Assembly: GCF_006345805.1 (NCBI RefSeq)
Contig: NC_043006.1
Span: forward strand, 55,180,001-55,244,000
Reading direction: 5' to 3'
DNA from: Octopus sinensis
Lineage: Eukaryota
DNA length: 64,000 nt
Shown here: piece by piece, positions 12,827 to 25,400 of the stretch
Position numbering within the stretch: the stretch's first letter is position 1
How the letters are laid out: each line of letters begins with the position of its first letter
The notes under the pieces: generated by a model
What the model saw: the letters and a program-made list of their open reading frames with translations, nothing else
Told to the model about the DNA's origin: nothing
Database searches by the model: none
Made by a program: the position numbers and the translations under genes

Positions 12827-14772
12827 GCACACACACACACACATCTGTGTGTGCATGTGTGTAATACAAAGATGTTATATTTTTTTAGGCTAGGATAACA
12901 GGCGTTTAGCGCCTTCCCTAGAACATTACTAATGTGAAATATTCCTATTCCTAAGTGAGGATCGAACCCGTACACAGGCCTAGTTTACCTCGTATTCTGA
13001 CACGATCACTCTTTGTCAGGGATTTCTTACTATGGCACAAAGCCATGCATTTTGGGAAGATGCTGTAGTCGGTTAAATCGATCCCAGTTCTTGAATGGAA
13101 TTTTATCAACCCCCGTAAGAATAAAAGAAAAAAATATCCTCGGTAGGATATGAACTCAAGACCTGAAGAAAAACAATTAAATCCCACAAGACAGCCACAT
13201 CACACTACCTACTGCTTCTGCCGCTCATAAAACCAAAACACATTAACAGGAATCAAATATCTGCCAGCCAAGTAACAAGTGTTCTATCATTTTCTTCGTT
13301 ATCAGTTTATAATGGGAAAAATAGCAAACGCAATGAAAATAATTCGTCGAAGAAGAATAACCGGTTAAATGACAGAGACTAATAAAAAAAGAAATAGTGT
13401 ATTTTTATCATGAGTCACGCCATAAGCTATGTAATGAGAACACACCAACAGTTACTTTAATGAATTTATAGCGCGTATAGAAACAAAAACTATTGAAATG
13501 CAAGTTATATAATAGTAAAGAAGAAAGACATATAAAAAAATCATCTGTATTTAATTGCAGAACATTGCATGTACAAAATTCTGCGCTCTGCCAATAACGT
13601 CGAATATAAAAATGCAGTTAAAAAAAGGGAAAATCAGAATGCATGTTCTAACGTGCATTGATATGACTTAGAATGAAAGAAAATGACAAATTAGTGAAAA
13701 CAAATATTAAAATATAAATATATATGAGACGCAGGCAAGACCATATGGACTTGAGTTCGATTGCAATGCATTGCACCAAAGTTTAAAAAAGGAACTGTCA
13801 TAGGAGCCTATAGCCGGGCGAAATCAAGTGGTCTGGCAGATCCGGAGGCTGTAGCAGACAATTCTCGTCTGTCAACAATATAATTACGATTGTTTTTATG
13901 CGCCGCAAATCCATTTGAGAGATCCTGTTAACGCAGTGGTTATTGATCTCTGTTATTGACCCGCTGTTCATACCATGTGTCTCCAGCTTCAAATTCCCAT
14001 TTCTGGCAAAGCTTCCACTTAAAACTTTTACGACTTGGTCATGTCTTCATTTCCTATATTCTTTCTGTGCCAACTTGGGACATTCTGCAACAATATGTGC
14101 CGCTGTCTCGTTCCAAGTTCCACAAACTCTACATTTTTCACACACATTCTCCACATATACATCTTTCCTCAAGTTGTTTGTTTTTATCGTTTGATCCTGG
14201 GTTGCTGCAATTAGGCTCTGCTTCCTTTATTAATTGCCCTTTTTTAAACCAAGCCCAGGATTTTGTTCCACATATAACTTCAGTGGTTCTCCAAAATTGA
14301 CCATGCAGAGGTTTCTCTTTAATCAGTCTGACGTGCTCTCTTTGAATTTCATTCTCGTCCTTTTCTCTTATTCTATACCGAATCATCTGTTCCTTATTCA
14401 CTGTCTCTAGTAGTTTCTCTATACTGTTCTGTAAATATTCTAGTTGGTTTTTTTCTTTCCATCTGTACACATTCTACACGCAATTAAGCCTCTTCCACCC
14501 TGGTGTCTTTTCAGGTACAGTCGGTTGATATCAGCTTTCGGATGGTGGGCTTCATGCCTTGTCAACAGCTGTCTAGCTTTTCTGTCACGTTTCTGTATGT
14601 AATTTTTGGTCCAGATTACAATTCCAGCTTCATATCTGATTATCTAAATGCTCTTGCAGTTATTGCTTCAATAAACTTTTTTGAATTCAGTTCTGACTGC
14701 AATAATTATCTCATTCTCCTTGTATATTCTTTACTAGTAATTTGTTTCATTTCTTCATGTTTTATTTCATCT

Positions 14773-15800
14773 TATTTCTTTACTGCCTACAAGGGGCTAC
14801 ACACAAAGGAGACAAACAAGGATAGACAAACGAATTAAGTCGATTATATCGACCACAGTGCGTAACAGCTGCTTATTTAATCGACCCCGAAAGGATGAAA
14901 GGCAAAGTCAACCTCGGCGGAATTTGAACTCAGAAGGTAAAGACAGACTAAATACCTATTTCTTTTCTACCCACAAGGGGCTACACAGAGGGGACAAACA
15001 AGAACAGACGAACGGATTAAGTCGATTACATCAACCCTAGTGCGTAACTGGTACTTATTTAATCGACCCCGAAAGGATGGAAGGCAAAGTCGACCTCAGC
15101 GGAATTTAAACTTAGAACGTAAAGACAGACTAAATACCGCAAAGCATTTCGTCCGGCGTGCTAACGTTTCTTATTCTTTATTGCCCACAAGGGGTTAAAC
15201 ATAGAGGGGACCATAAAGGACAGACTAACGGATTAAGTCAATTACATCGACCACAGTGCGTAACTGGTACTTAATTTATCGACCCCGAAAGGATAAAAGG
15301 CAAAGTCGACCTCGGCGGAATTTGAACTCGGAACGTAGCGGCGGACGAAATACCTATTTCTTTACTGCCCACAAGGGGCTACACACAGAGGGGACAAACA
15401 AGGACAGACAGACGGATTAAGTCGATTATATCGACCCCAGTGCGTAACTGGTACTTATTTAATCGACCCCGAAAGGATGGAAGGCAAAGTCGACCTCAGC
15501 GGAATTTAAACTCAGAACGTAAAGACAGACTAAATACCGCAAAGCATTTCGTCCGGCGTGCTAACGTTTCTTATTCTTTATTGCCCACAAGGGGTTAAAC
15601 ATAGAGGGGACCATAAAGGACAGACTAACGGATTAAGTCAATTACATCGACCACAGTGCGTAACTGGTACTTATTTATCGACCCCGAAAGGATAAAAGGC
15701 AAAGTCGACCTCGGCGGAATTTGAACTCAGAACGTAACGGCAGACGAAATACGGCAAAGCATTTCGCCCGACGTGCTAACGTTTCTGCCAGCTCGCCGCC
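14773..15800 (-). mobile_element. five-unit tandem array of a tRNA-derived SINE (Deu/Nin-like central domain)
   Basis: Repeated gtcgactttgcctttcatcctttcggggtcgat core; 400-bp higher-order period (15061 vs 15461); TSD ttttatttcatct at 14760-14772 / 15805-15817. Confidence 0.9.
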
Positions 15801-16789
15801 TTCATTTTATTTCATCTATATTTTATTTCATCTGCTTCTAAATATTCCCAACTACTTATACCACTATCCTTTCTCAACCGTTTTCATTGTTTACCTATTT
15901 GACATTTCCATTACCCTGGCTTCCTTCAAATCATCCTCGTTTCATTTTCAACATAGCGCTCTTTTCGATCACAAATTCTTTATCTACGTCATCATAACAA
16001 CATGTTTAAGTCTTTCAAGCTGTTTCTCACTTTTCGCATAAATTTTAATATCATCTATAAAAAGGAGATGGTTTATCTAACCTATTTCCCCATATCGTAA
16101 ACTATTATGACTTTTCGCAATATCAAACTAAGCGGTATGGTATAATGGCTAATACAAATAGTAATGGATATAAGTTATATTGAAATATTCTACGACTGAT
16201 GTTTATTTTTCCAAGTTGTTGTTTTCCTCCAGTCAGTTCAATATTCCAATGTTTTATACTTTCATTAACCATTTCACCATATTTTCTACCACTCCAAACA
16301 AGCTCATTGTTTTACTAATCCATGTCATATGCGTGTTTGTAATCTAACCTTGCTACATTCAGTCCCGTCAATCTGTGTCTACAATTTCTAACTATCATTT
16401 TATGTGTTTTTTTGTGGCTCTACTTTGTTTCCTGTATCCTTTCTGCTCTTCTGGAAGTACATTGTTACTTTCTAGATGATTATATAGCTTTTACACCAAG
16501 ACACCAATCAAAAGCTTCTACATAAGTAGTAAACAGGTTATAGGTCGAAAATTTGATACCAAGTTACTTTTCAAGCGATCCTAGAGACATAACAGCATTC
16601 GTTCACTTATCATCTACGTCAGTACGTGAGCAGACTGCAGGCACTCATCCAGTTGTGCGGCGATCGTTTCGTGTATCTGTGTATGGTTCTTCAGCCAGTT
16701 GCTTTGTACTCTATCCGGACCAAACCCTTTCCAATTTTTTATATTTTTAAACTTCAGCCTCACTGATATCTTGCAAACAACTTGCACAT

Positions 16790-17230
16790 GCAAATGCTAC
16801 CAGTCGAGAACTCTGCATACCGGAAGCCAGCAAGTGTATGGGGTCATCAGGAGAGAATGCGCGCTGTTTCGAGCGGCGTCCATGTTATCTTCATGAGGAA
16901 CCGTTAACTCGACTAGATTTACAACTTTCTTTCCTTCACACTACATTAAAATGTCTGTTTTTCTTCGTAATTGGGATGGGAAAGAGTCCTTGACACCCTG
17001 GTAAATCTGCAGTCACTTCCCAATAGCCGTTCCACTTTTCATCTCTCACAGGAAGTTTCTGTTCTTCTTCTTGAAACGGATCCGCTGACCTGAGCGCGCG
17101 AAGGTAATGACATGTCTAGATCGATTCTGATGTTCTTTTGTCTTGGTACAGTTGCAAGTTATCTTTACACTTGTGTTAGCCATTCTGCACTTTCTTAATG
17201 TCTCACCGGCCGGTTCCATAGTTATCCCTA
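16790..17230 (-). mobile_element. HERO/NeSL-like restriction-like endonuclease fragment nested in the R4-like element
   Basis: Minus strand reads WEVTADLPGCQGLFPIPITK..DILM..GKKVVNLVELTVPHEDNMDAA, similar to the PD..IELTVP REL motif of HERO-type elements. Confidence 0.6.
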
Positions 17231-17707
17231 AAAATTTTACTTTCTTCTGCATCAGAAATCATTTCCTGATATGGCTCCCCCTCTATTTCCCCAAAAAGAC
17301 GCTTTCTATTTGATTGGAACAGTCTATTCTGTTCAAACCCTTTGCATCTAGTATCATATCTTTTCAGTTTGGTCTTTAACGCTGTCGCCCTTTGTAACAA
17401 TGTTTCACGTACTGTTTGCTTTCTCCTTTCTTCTAACATGTACTGTCCATTCTATTTTCTGATCACTACCTCATTCTTGAACTCTCCTCTCATCATCTTA
17501 TTCAGTTGCCCCAGTTCTTTCCGTGTCTTTTCCTACTTCATTCGAATTCTCTTCCTTAGGTTTGGTTCTTTTTTCATTTCCTTTCATTTCTTCAGTTTTC
17601 CGCTTATATCCTACTATATCAGCTACAACAGTAACAGCAACTATGATTAGCTGGTTTGTTTTACTAATGTTTTCTGTTCTAATCAAGTTCAAGACGTCAT
17701 TTACTTT

Positions 17708-17858
17708 TACATTATTTACATTCGACGGATATTTGTCCTGATCTTGTTTGTTGTTAACACAATGTTTCGGCTGATATACCCTCCAGCCTTCTTCAGGTGT
17801 CTTGGGGGAAATTTCGAACCTGGGTTCTCATTCCTAAGGTATTTTTCGATGTTGTTGG

Positions 17859-17910
<52 letters not shown>

Positions 17911-17990
17911 GTTCAGGTCACTGCTTAGAATCGAACTCGGAATCTTGGGGTTAATAGCCCGCACTCTTAACCACTACGCCATATGCTTGT
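17708..17990 (-). mobile_element. complete copy of tRNA-headed hammerhead element
   Basis: Head TGGCGTAGTGG (A box)...GTTCGATTC (B box) at about 17912-17985, (AAT)n spacer, and a tail with CTGAAGA-aggctg..cagcc-GAAAC hammerhead at 17756-17801. Same family as 8335-8885. Confidence 0.85.
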
Positions 17991-18169
17991 GGGTGATATC
18001 CTACCTTTCCACATAACACCTTGTGGCTTACTCTCCCTAGGCTGTCCTGTCTTTTCTTGTATCCTTTCTGTGCTAGGATACTACATTCACTTATTATATG
18101 ACTGACACTTTCCTCTTCTGATTTGCATAACCTACATTGGGAATTTATTTGGTTTTTGTCTATCTTGTC

Positions 18170-19020
18170 TTTTATCCAATTAAACCTTAATGCTTCATCT
18201 TATGCTGCAACTAAGAAACCTTCTGTCCCCATTTTCAGCCTTCCTTTCTGCAACCCTAACCATGTCTCACTACTACTATGTATTGAAACTATCTTCGGGA
18301 ATCTACCATGCAACGTCTTCTCCTGCCAGTCAGATAATTTCTGTTCCTTTTTCTGGTTTTTACTTCTTGCTGTGAATCTAGCAGCTCTTAATAAACTATC
18401 TTCACTATTACCTACATAGGAGTCTGTATCTACTCTAGCTAACTCCACGGAGTCTTCTACTGATATTAGCTCTCTTCCGACTTCCTTTCTAGGTAAGTAT
18501 AATCTTTCTACTCCTGTCTATGGGTGGAGTCCTCCATTCATATTGAATTCCTTCCTAGTTCTTCTGTCTAGCTTTGCTAATTCAGTTTTTGTCCAGTCTA
18601 CAAAAGCTGCTGAGTATCTAAGTAATGATACTGCCTAAGTATTTACAGCCTTCACTAGATTCAAACAATTTAGCTTTGTTTTCATTAGTTTCATTCCCCT
18701 TCTGATGTACTCCTCAATTTTCGTTTTCATTTCTATAGTTGGTATTCTGTTAGATTCTGATATTCCTAGATACATATAACTCTCTCCTTCTTTTCATGAT
18801 TTTAATGTCTGGCCATCTGGTAATTGGATGTCTTCACTGTTGACTCTCTGTTCCCTTCTTATGACTAATATTACACATTTATCTATGCTAAATTCCATGC
18901 CTATATTTTTGCTGAAGAATCTTACAGTCTGTATTAATGACTCTATCTCTTTTTCATTCTTACTAAAAGGCTCCAGATCATCCATGTAGAGCAAATGGTT
19001 AATTTTTCCTTCACTATTTC
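18170..19020 (-). mobile_element. second R4/Dong-like copy (RT C-terminal half), 5'-truncated next to (TAA)n
   Basis: ORF 18794-18994 LYMDDL..FSKNEKE...IGMEFSIDKC; ORF 18200-18448 WQEKTLHGRF...LQKGRLKMGTEGFLVAA. Confidence 0.9.
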
Positions 19021-19035
19021 TAAACTGATACTTAC

Positions 19036-19097
<62 letters not shown>

Positions 19098-20029
19098 ATG
19101 AAAACTTACATCTTATTTTGCTGGCTATGATAGAAAAGCGTCGGCTGTTCACAGCCAGCAGACTAAGGTGATATTTGTATACTAGTCATGCTTCAAGAAC
19201 CCTATGTATTATTATTAATGAGTGAGAGAGCAGTGCATGCCATCAAAGTGACACTGGGGTAAAATATACGAAATCTGGTATACCCAGCATGACTACCCGT
19301 CTGATAAGGGCACACGAGTCACATGCATCACAACCATATGTGCGTGAAATGGTGATCTCATATCAAGATAAACAGCGCATGACCTTGCAGATGGGGCCTA
19401 GTAAGAATTTTCTTCAGGTTGAGTAACCCATCCCGCTTAAATAGTCCTTGAATAAAGGTTGTTTAAGAATGGTGAAAGAAACACCTATGTTTCCAGAGGT
19501 GAAGTATTCAAACTCCAAAGAATTCCTCTCAACACATGGCTATTATACTCCCATTAACTTCTGCTCAAAGATGCACATATCGTCAGCCACCAAAGGACAT
19601 GGTCAGCTGGTTAAGGTCAAACGACTGATAAGCAAATCTGTGGTATTGAGCAGAATATTTGCTGTAGCCCATCTTTTATACGAAAACAAAACATGTATAT
19701 GACAACACTTCTAATCAGTTAAGATCAGAAGCCATGAGAGCCAGAGCTTGGGATTGCATCAGGATATTTATCCTCCCCCTCCTCATCATCATGATAACCA
19801 TCATCATCGTGGTGGTGGTCGTCGTTGTCATTGTCGTTATCGTCATCATCATCATCATTATTATTTTGATTTTAATCTGTGTGTTTGATAAATCACTTTC
19901 CCGGTCACACCCAGCGCCCAAATGCTAGTGAAGGTTAAGAGACGTTTGGATATAATCGAAAGTTTTGGGCGGAATAGCGGAAGAGATAGTCCGAAAATGC
20001 ATTCATAAAACACAATACAGAACGTTTAA

Positions 20030-20975
20030 TTCAAGTTGAAAGATTTTTTCTAAGAATGTGTGCCTTACTTGTCAATATTGGATTTCTGTGAGATAAGGTT
20101 CTCCTGGGATGCTATCTAGATATTTCTGACATCTCTTTTTTAAACACAGTCTTTGATTGAAGATATCACATCGTTTTTATTTCAATTTCCAGATTCTTAT
20201 ATTTACCGAGCTTGGCAAATTCCTTGACAAATATTATCAGCGGGACATTTATAGCCATCATTTTACAAGTATTTTCTTTCCTGTCTTTAATGATTATGTC
20301 GGATCGATTATTCTGAATAGCTCTGTCAGTACTGACAGTAAAATCCCAGAGGATGGTAACATTTTCACTTTCAGCTTGGAATGTCGATTTTTTCTAAGAA
20401 TGTGTGCCTTACTTGTCAATATAATCTTTTGGATTTCTGTGAGATAAGGTTCTCCTGGGATGCTATCTAGATATTTCTGACATCTCTTTTTTAAACACAG
20501 TTTTTGATTGAAGATATCACATCGTTTTTATATATGCTTACATATTTTCCAATATAAATATTGTTGTACCTTACCGTGGCGATTTTTACATTCGTTTGGT
20601 ATTAGCACAGGACAGTTCGAAACAAGATGATCTATTGTGTCAACAAATTTCATGAAGAATCTGAATTTTGGGCCTGCACCGTTTTTAAGAATATATGTCT
20701 GGTAATTTCTTATTTCTTATTTCTTTATTGCTCACAAGGGGCTAAACACAGGGGAGACAAACCAGGAGAGACAGATAAACGGATTAAGTCGATTACATCG
20801 ACCTCAGTGCGTAACTGGCACTTAATTTATCGACCCTGAAAGGATGAAAGGCAAAGTCGACCTCGGCGGAATTTGAACTCAGAACGTAACGGCAGACGAA
20901 ATACCGCAAAGCATTTCGTCCGGCATGCTAACGATAAGCTCACCGCCTTATCTGGTCATTTCTGGCGGCACTTGA
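20030..20975 (-). mobile_element. third R4/Dong-like fragment (zinc knuckle plus REL endonuclease) with duplicated 3' end
   Basis: Reads TIDHLVSNCPVL..KNRHGKV, ILWDFTVSTDRAIQNNRSDIIIKD, KYKNLEIEI, EIQKIILTSKAHILRK. About 140 bp is duplicated (about 20040-20180 vs 20390-20530). Confidence 0.85.
20711..20950 (-). mobile_element. monomeric Deu/Nin-like tRNA SINE
   Basis: Same core as the 14773-15800 units; flanked by tctggtaatttct / tctggtcatttct direct repeats. Confidence 0.9.
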
Positions 20976-21170
20976 CCAAACTTTCCACTTCTTTCTTTTT
21001 CCTTTTTTTCTTTTTCTCTTTATAAAAAATAAAAAATAAATAAATGGAAATTTTACCGGCGAGTGTGTTAAATTATAAGGCACTAAAAGAGAATGACTCT
21101 CCCCAGACACAGCAGTATATATATATATTTATAAATATATATATATATATATATATATGAGTATGTGTGT

Positions 21171-21345
21171 GTCTGGAAGCCATCTACTCGCAACACCAGA
21201 GGGCGCACACTCTCCTACCCTGATGTAATCTCCAGGGATACAGGCATCCAGCAACAGGACCTCCGTAATGCTATGATGGACCGTGAATCTGGCGCAACAT
21301 GGTAAATTCCATGTCTCGACCACGGTCGAACAATTATGATGATGT
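21171..21345 (+). mobile_element. RTE-clade LINE 3' end
   Basis: Reads (with a frameshift) LWKPS...RGRTLSYPDVISRDTGIQQQDLRNAMMDRESWRNMV, followed by a short (gat)n tail. Confidence 0.7.
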
Positions 21346-21599
21346 GTGTGTTGGTTATATATATATAATATATATATATATATAAATATATTAGAGACAA
21401 AACCTATTTTGCAAAACAAACAGGAAAAGATTAATCAATACATAAACTTTGTCTCTAATAATATTTATAATATTTTACTATAAAATTGGATTTAATCCTA
21501 AATCTGATTTTTTTCCCTGTATTTGGATTTATTCCCTAATATTTATTAATATATATATATATATATATATATGAGTATGTGTGTGTGTGGTTATATATA

Positions 21600-21663
<64 letters not shown>

Positions 21664-22389
21664 CATACACGCATGACCACTCACACACATGCACACAGAA
21701 CACAAACACACACAAACAGGCACACACATATAATTTAATGAATACAGATTTTATAGGATTTCTATTCAAGTTTTATGTTCGGCTACTGTCGTATATAGTG
21801 TACTGTTCATTTGTTGATAGGGTCAGCGAAAAGATACTGTATTCAACGCGATATAAATATCATAATATCTATGAATGTATACAGGAGTCAAACGTGAACT
21901 TCTGCAAATTTTATTTGATATTCTTATGCAGCACAATAGAACAAGGTGGTAGTGTTCACTCTCAGACTGGACTCCTCCATCTTGAGCTGCTCAGCAATGG
22001 TTCTTACCGATCAACTGAGGCTGGACCTCATGGACCTGGTGGATAAGCTCGGCAGTCCTGATGAGGTCTAACTGGTGTGAGTATTACTTTTTCTTGGCTA
22101 CAGATGTGATTTTCTCACCTAAATTCTCCAAGTCTTTCCTGACTTCGAACATAGAGAGTCCTACTTTGCTCAAGTGCTGGTAATATCCGAGCCGCTGTGG
22201 TAGGCAGTTAAAGCCACGAGCTCGACTTGTTTTTTTTAATTTCTTGTTTCATCCTGGAATCTGTCATATCGATATTGTCAATATGTCTAAAAGAGAAAAG
22301 AGAAATTTAAAATTTAGAGCATATCGCGTAATATTTCATTAGATCGTCTTCTGTTTATTGTCCGCTAAATTTTGTTCACAAATACTCTC

Positions 22390-23430
22390 ACTGTGTGAGT
22401 ATGTGTAACTCTCCTGGATGATCTTGTTTAAGTTGGTGAATGCTGCCATAATCCTTCCCTTCAGCTCATCTTTGGTGTTACACGGTCTCTCGCTCAACTG
22501 CGCCCCACACAATAATATCAAGAGGGTTGCAAACTGGGGAGTTAGGGAGCCAGATGTTAGGGGTGATGTGATCGCAGAAATTGTCTGACAGCCATGACTG
22601 GGTTCTCCAGCTTGTGTGGCATGGTGCAGAGACCTGTTGCCAGACATAGGGTCTTCCAGCAGCCACCCTCTTGACCAAGGCACTACCTCCTCCAGGTACT
22701 TGACATAGGCTTCTGTGTTGAGTCTGAGACCGTGTAGGAAGATGAATGGATGTATAACGTCGCCATCATTAGTGATCACTCCAAACACCATGATGTTGAC
22801 TGGATGTTTGCTTTTTATCACTCTCTGTACATGTTTTGAGGACACGGCTAGCCGACGGTTGCTCTGTGTGTTCACCATTTGATCCTGGCAGAAATTTTTC
22901 TCGTCTGAGAAAAACCAAAACGTATTCGGTTGAAGGGGATGCTTGGATTTGTTCAAAAGCTTCGTAGGGCGGTCTTTCCTCTTGTCCTTGATGGCTTGGG
23001 ATAAAAATTAGCCATTTCTCATCTTGTATGAAGAATATCGGATGTCTTTATGAACTACCAGCCTGATAAGAAACTCAGATACTTCCATGACCATGGCGAT
23101 GGCCCTGATTGACTTGGAGGGAATGTTGTCAATTACGGCCTGGATCTAATCAACCAAGTTCTTTTCTTATCATGACGATCAGAGTAAGTTTTCCGAGATG
23201 CCGTACCTTCGTAATCACCATTAGACGCATCCAACTCCTTCCGAATCCTCTGCACTGTCCTCAGATCGAGACTCAAACAATGTTCGTATTGGAGCTTCCG
23301 GTGCGAATGCCAAGCAGTGCAGGATGTCGTTTCCAAATTTCTGGCAGATTGAATTGCGTTATGGTGGTGTTTGTTTTCACTGACGGTGCCAAACTGACCA
23401 TACTATGCTGTGTAGCTGATGAAATCTAAA
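22390..23430 (-). mobile_element. maT/DD37D Tc1-mariner transposase pseudogene
   Basis: FFSDEKNF, MVFGVIT and WQQVSAPCHT...WLPNSPVCNPLD. There are 37 residues between the second catalytic position (mutated D to V) and the third D; frameshifted. Confidence 0.9.
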
Positions 23431-23472
23431 TCAAACAATGTGCACGCCTGAAATAAAAAAATTTACCTATCG

Positions 23473-23551
<79 letters not shown>

Positions 23552-23580
23552 AAAGGAACACACGAGTTGATATATATAGA

Positions 23581-24246
23581 AAAATATTTTATAAAAAACA
23601 TTTCAGTAACGGTTTCGGTCATTGAGACTTTTTCACCTGTAAGTATGGAAAACAATAAAATTTCGAAAAAATTAAATGAAATGTTTTTAAAAGAATGAAA
23701 TGTTTTTAAAAGACTATTTGCATAGTATTTAAATACAAGGGACATTTTTCTTGTTTCTGCCTGTCTCTGTCTCTTGTTTACTCTTGTGGGTTCGAAGTCG
23801 TTGTGAATTCTTGGCATAGAAGAAGAAGAGGAATGTATTGTTTAAAATATTTGCGTAGGTGTTATTCTAAACAGCAGTAGTAGTAAAATAAGGGAGGTGA
23901 TCGCGGAGAAGATATATCTCAAGAATACAATCACTACTACCATCCACAACATATCACTTTCAGGGCACTTGACCATTTAACATCCTACTACTATCATAGC
24001 ACTCCTGCATTCTTCTTCTTCTTCTCTGCCAAGAATTCACAACGACTTCGAACCCACAAGAGTAAACAAGTGAGACAGAGACAAGCAGAAACAAGGAAAA
24101 TGCCCTTTGTATTTGAATACTATGCAAATATTCTTTTAAAAAACTTTTCGTTTAATTTTTCCAAAATTCAGTTATTTTCCATACTTACAGTTGAAAAAGT
24201 CTCAATGACCAAAACCGGTACTGAAATGTTTTTATAAAATAATTTT
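23581..24246. repeat. inverted pLTR-like pair (about 250-bp arms) upstream of a PLE ORF remnant
   Basis: Arms 23581-23835 and 24008-24246 are diverged reverse complements. Each holds a decayed hammerhead (cag.TGAAAA.agtc tcaat gacc GAAAC CG GTA ctg). Confidence 0.9.
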
Positions 24247-24259
24247 AGCATTTTCTACC

Positions 24260-25400
24260 TTGACTTATATATATCCGTTCTTGGATATACTAATTAAAAA
24301 AATTAACCTTAAAATAGAAACAGACATTTTCTACAAAGCCACAGACGCCAAACAATACCTTCTTTTTAGTTCATGCCACCCAAGACACACTAAAACAAAC
24401 ATCCCCTTCAACCTTGCAAGAAGGATATGCACAATAGTGTCAGAACAAAACACCAGGAACTTCAGACTTCAAGAACTCAAAAACACCTTAATTGACAGAC
24501 ATTACCCAACTCAACTCATAGAGGATGGGATCAGACGTGCAACAGAATCAACATAGAAACTTTAAGAAAAGTTCAACACAACAACACACCTTCCCCGAAC
24601 CTTACATATCTACATACAACCCCAGAAACAAAGAAGCTTTCACCATCATCACCCAAATTTACAATACTTCATAAAAACCCCAAATTAAAGGAAATTCTAA
24701 ACATACACCAAATCATTAAAGCTACAAACAGCCTAATCATTTAAAAAGATTCTCACAAAGGCAAATTGTCTTCTAAAATTACGGATGCAAATAAAAAAAT
24801 GTGGTAGATCGAACTGTGCAACATGTCCTAACCTATTGGAAGGATCAGAATTCTTCTTTAAAGAGGACAGAATTCAAGATCAAATCTAACTTTACTTGTG
24901 CCTCTGAAAACATAATTTATGTCATTAAATGCTCGGGCTGCCACCAAGACTACGTGGGGTCCCGGGACTATCACTCAGACGTAGATGCACACTGCATCGA
25001 CAACAGATTGCATTCCCAGAATATAGAATGATACCTTTTAGTGAACACATGAGAAATGCGCAAAGCAACTACAAACCACATTTTTAATCTTTCCATTTTA
25101 CCAATGTTCTTTCGGATCATCATCACAAATTAGACTAATAAGGAACATTCTTCATTGAAAAGTACAAACCCAGACTCAACTATCCGAACTCAATAATACA
25201 GGAAATTCACACTAAAGGAAAAAATTTTTTTAAGCGATTATCTCCCTTAACACCGGAAGAAATCACTCACTACTTTCCCTTATTTAGAACTCTCCGTAGC
25301 AAAAATACAAGGATTACGTTATTAAAAATAAACATTAGTCACAAGAAATTTGAAGAGCTAACTGCGAAACCGGTATTTCTTTAAAATTATAACATTATGT
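24260..25400 (+). mobile_element. Penelope-like element remnant (RT thumb, GIY-YIG, 3' pLTR)
   Basis: ORF 24260-24556 PFLDILI...TDIFYKATDAKQYLLFSSCHPRHTKTNIPFNLARRICTI; ORF 24801-25031 FTCASENIIYVIKCSGCHQDYVG. Hammerhead-like tTGAAGA-gc taact gc-GAAAC-CGGTA at 25344-25380. Confidence 0.92.

Larger units (their letters stand above)
13930..17700 (-). mobile_element. R4/Dong-like non-LTR retrotransposon, degenerate and interrupted
   Basis: Colinear motifs on minus strand: LQRATALKTKLKRY..QNRLF, NWKGFGPD, NFRPITCL, EEQKG, INHLLFIDDIKIYAK, HHPKADINRLYLKRHQGGRGLI, KPLHGQF, HIVAECPKLAQKEYRK*RHDQV. Interrupted by a SINE array (14773-15800) and a foreign fragment (16790-17230). Confidence 0.9.

Noticed and set aside
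13795-13900. GC-rich segment at the 3' junction of the R4-like element considered as an HDV-like ribozyme or SECIS
   Set aside because: I could not assign the nested double pseudoknot or the SECIS quartet by eye.
14773-15800. Regularly spaced repeats that might suggest a CRISPR-like array
   Set aside because: Units are about 200-bp SINE copies without unique spacers, there are no cas genes, and the context is eukaryotic.
19200-19690. Segment resembling a common octopus interspersed repeat
   Set aside because: It is single-copy in this window with no coding or terminal features, so it cannot be classified from the sequence alone.
22030-22085. CTGATGAGGTC motif
   Set aside because: No downstream GAAA or stem II partner.
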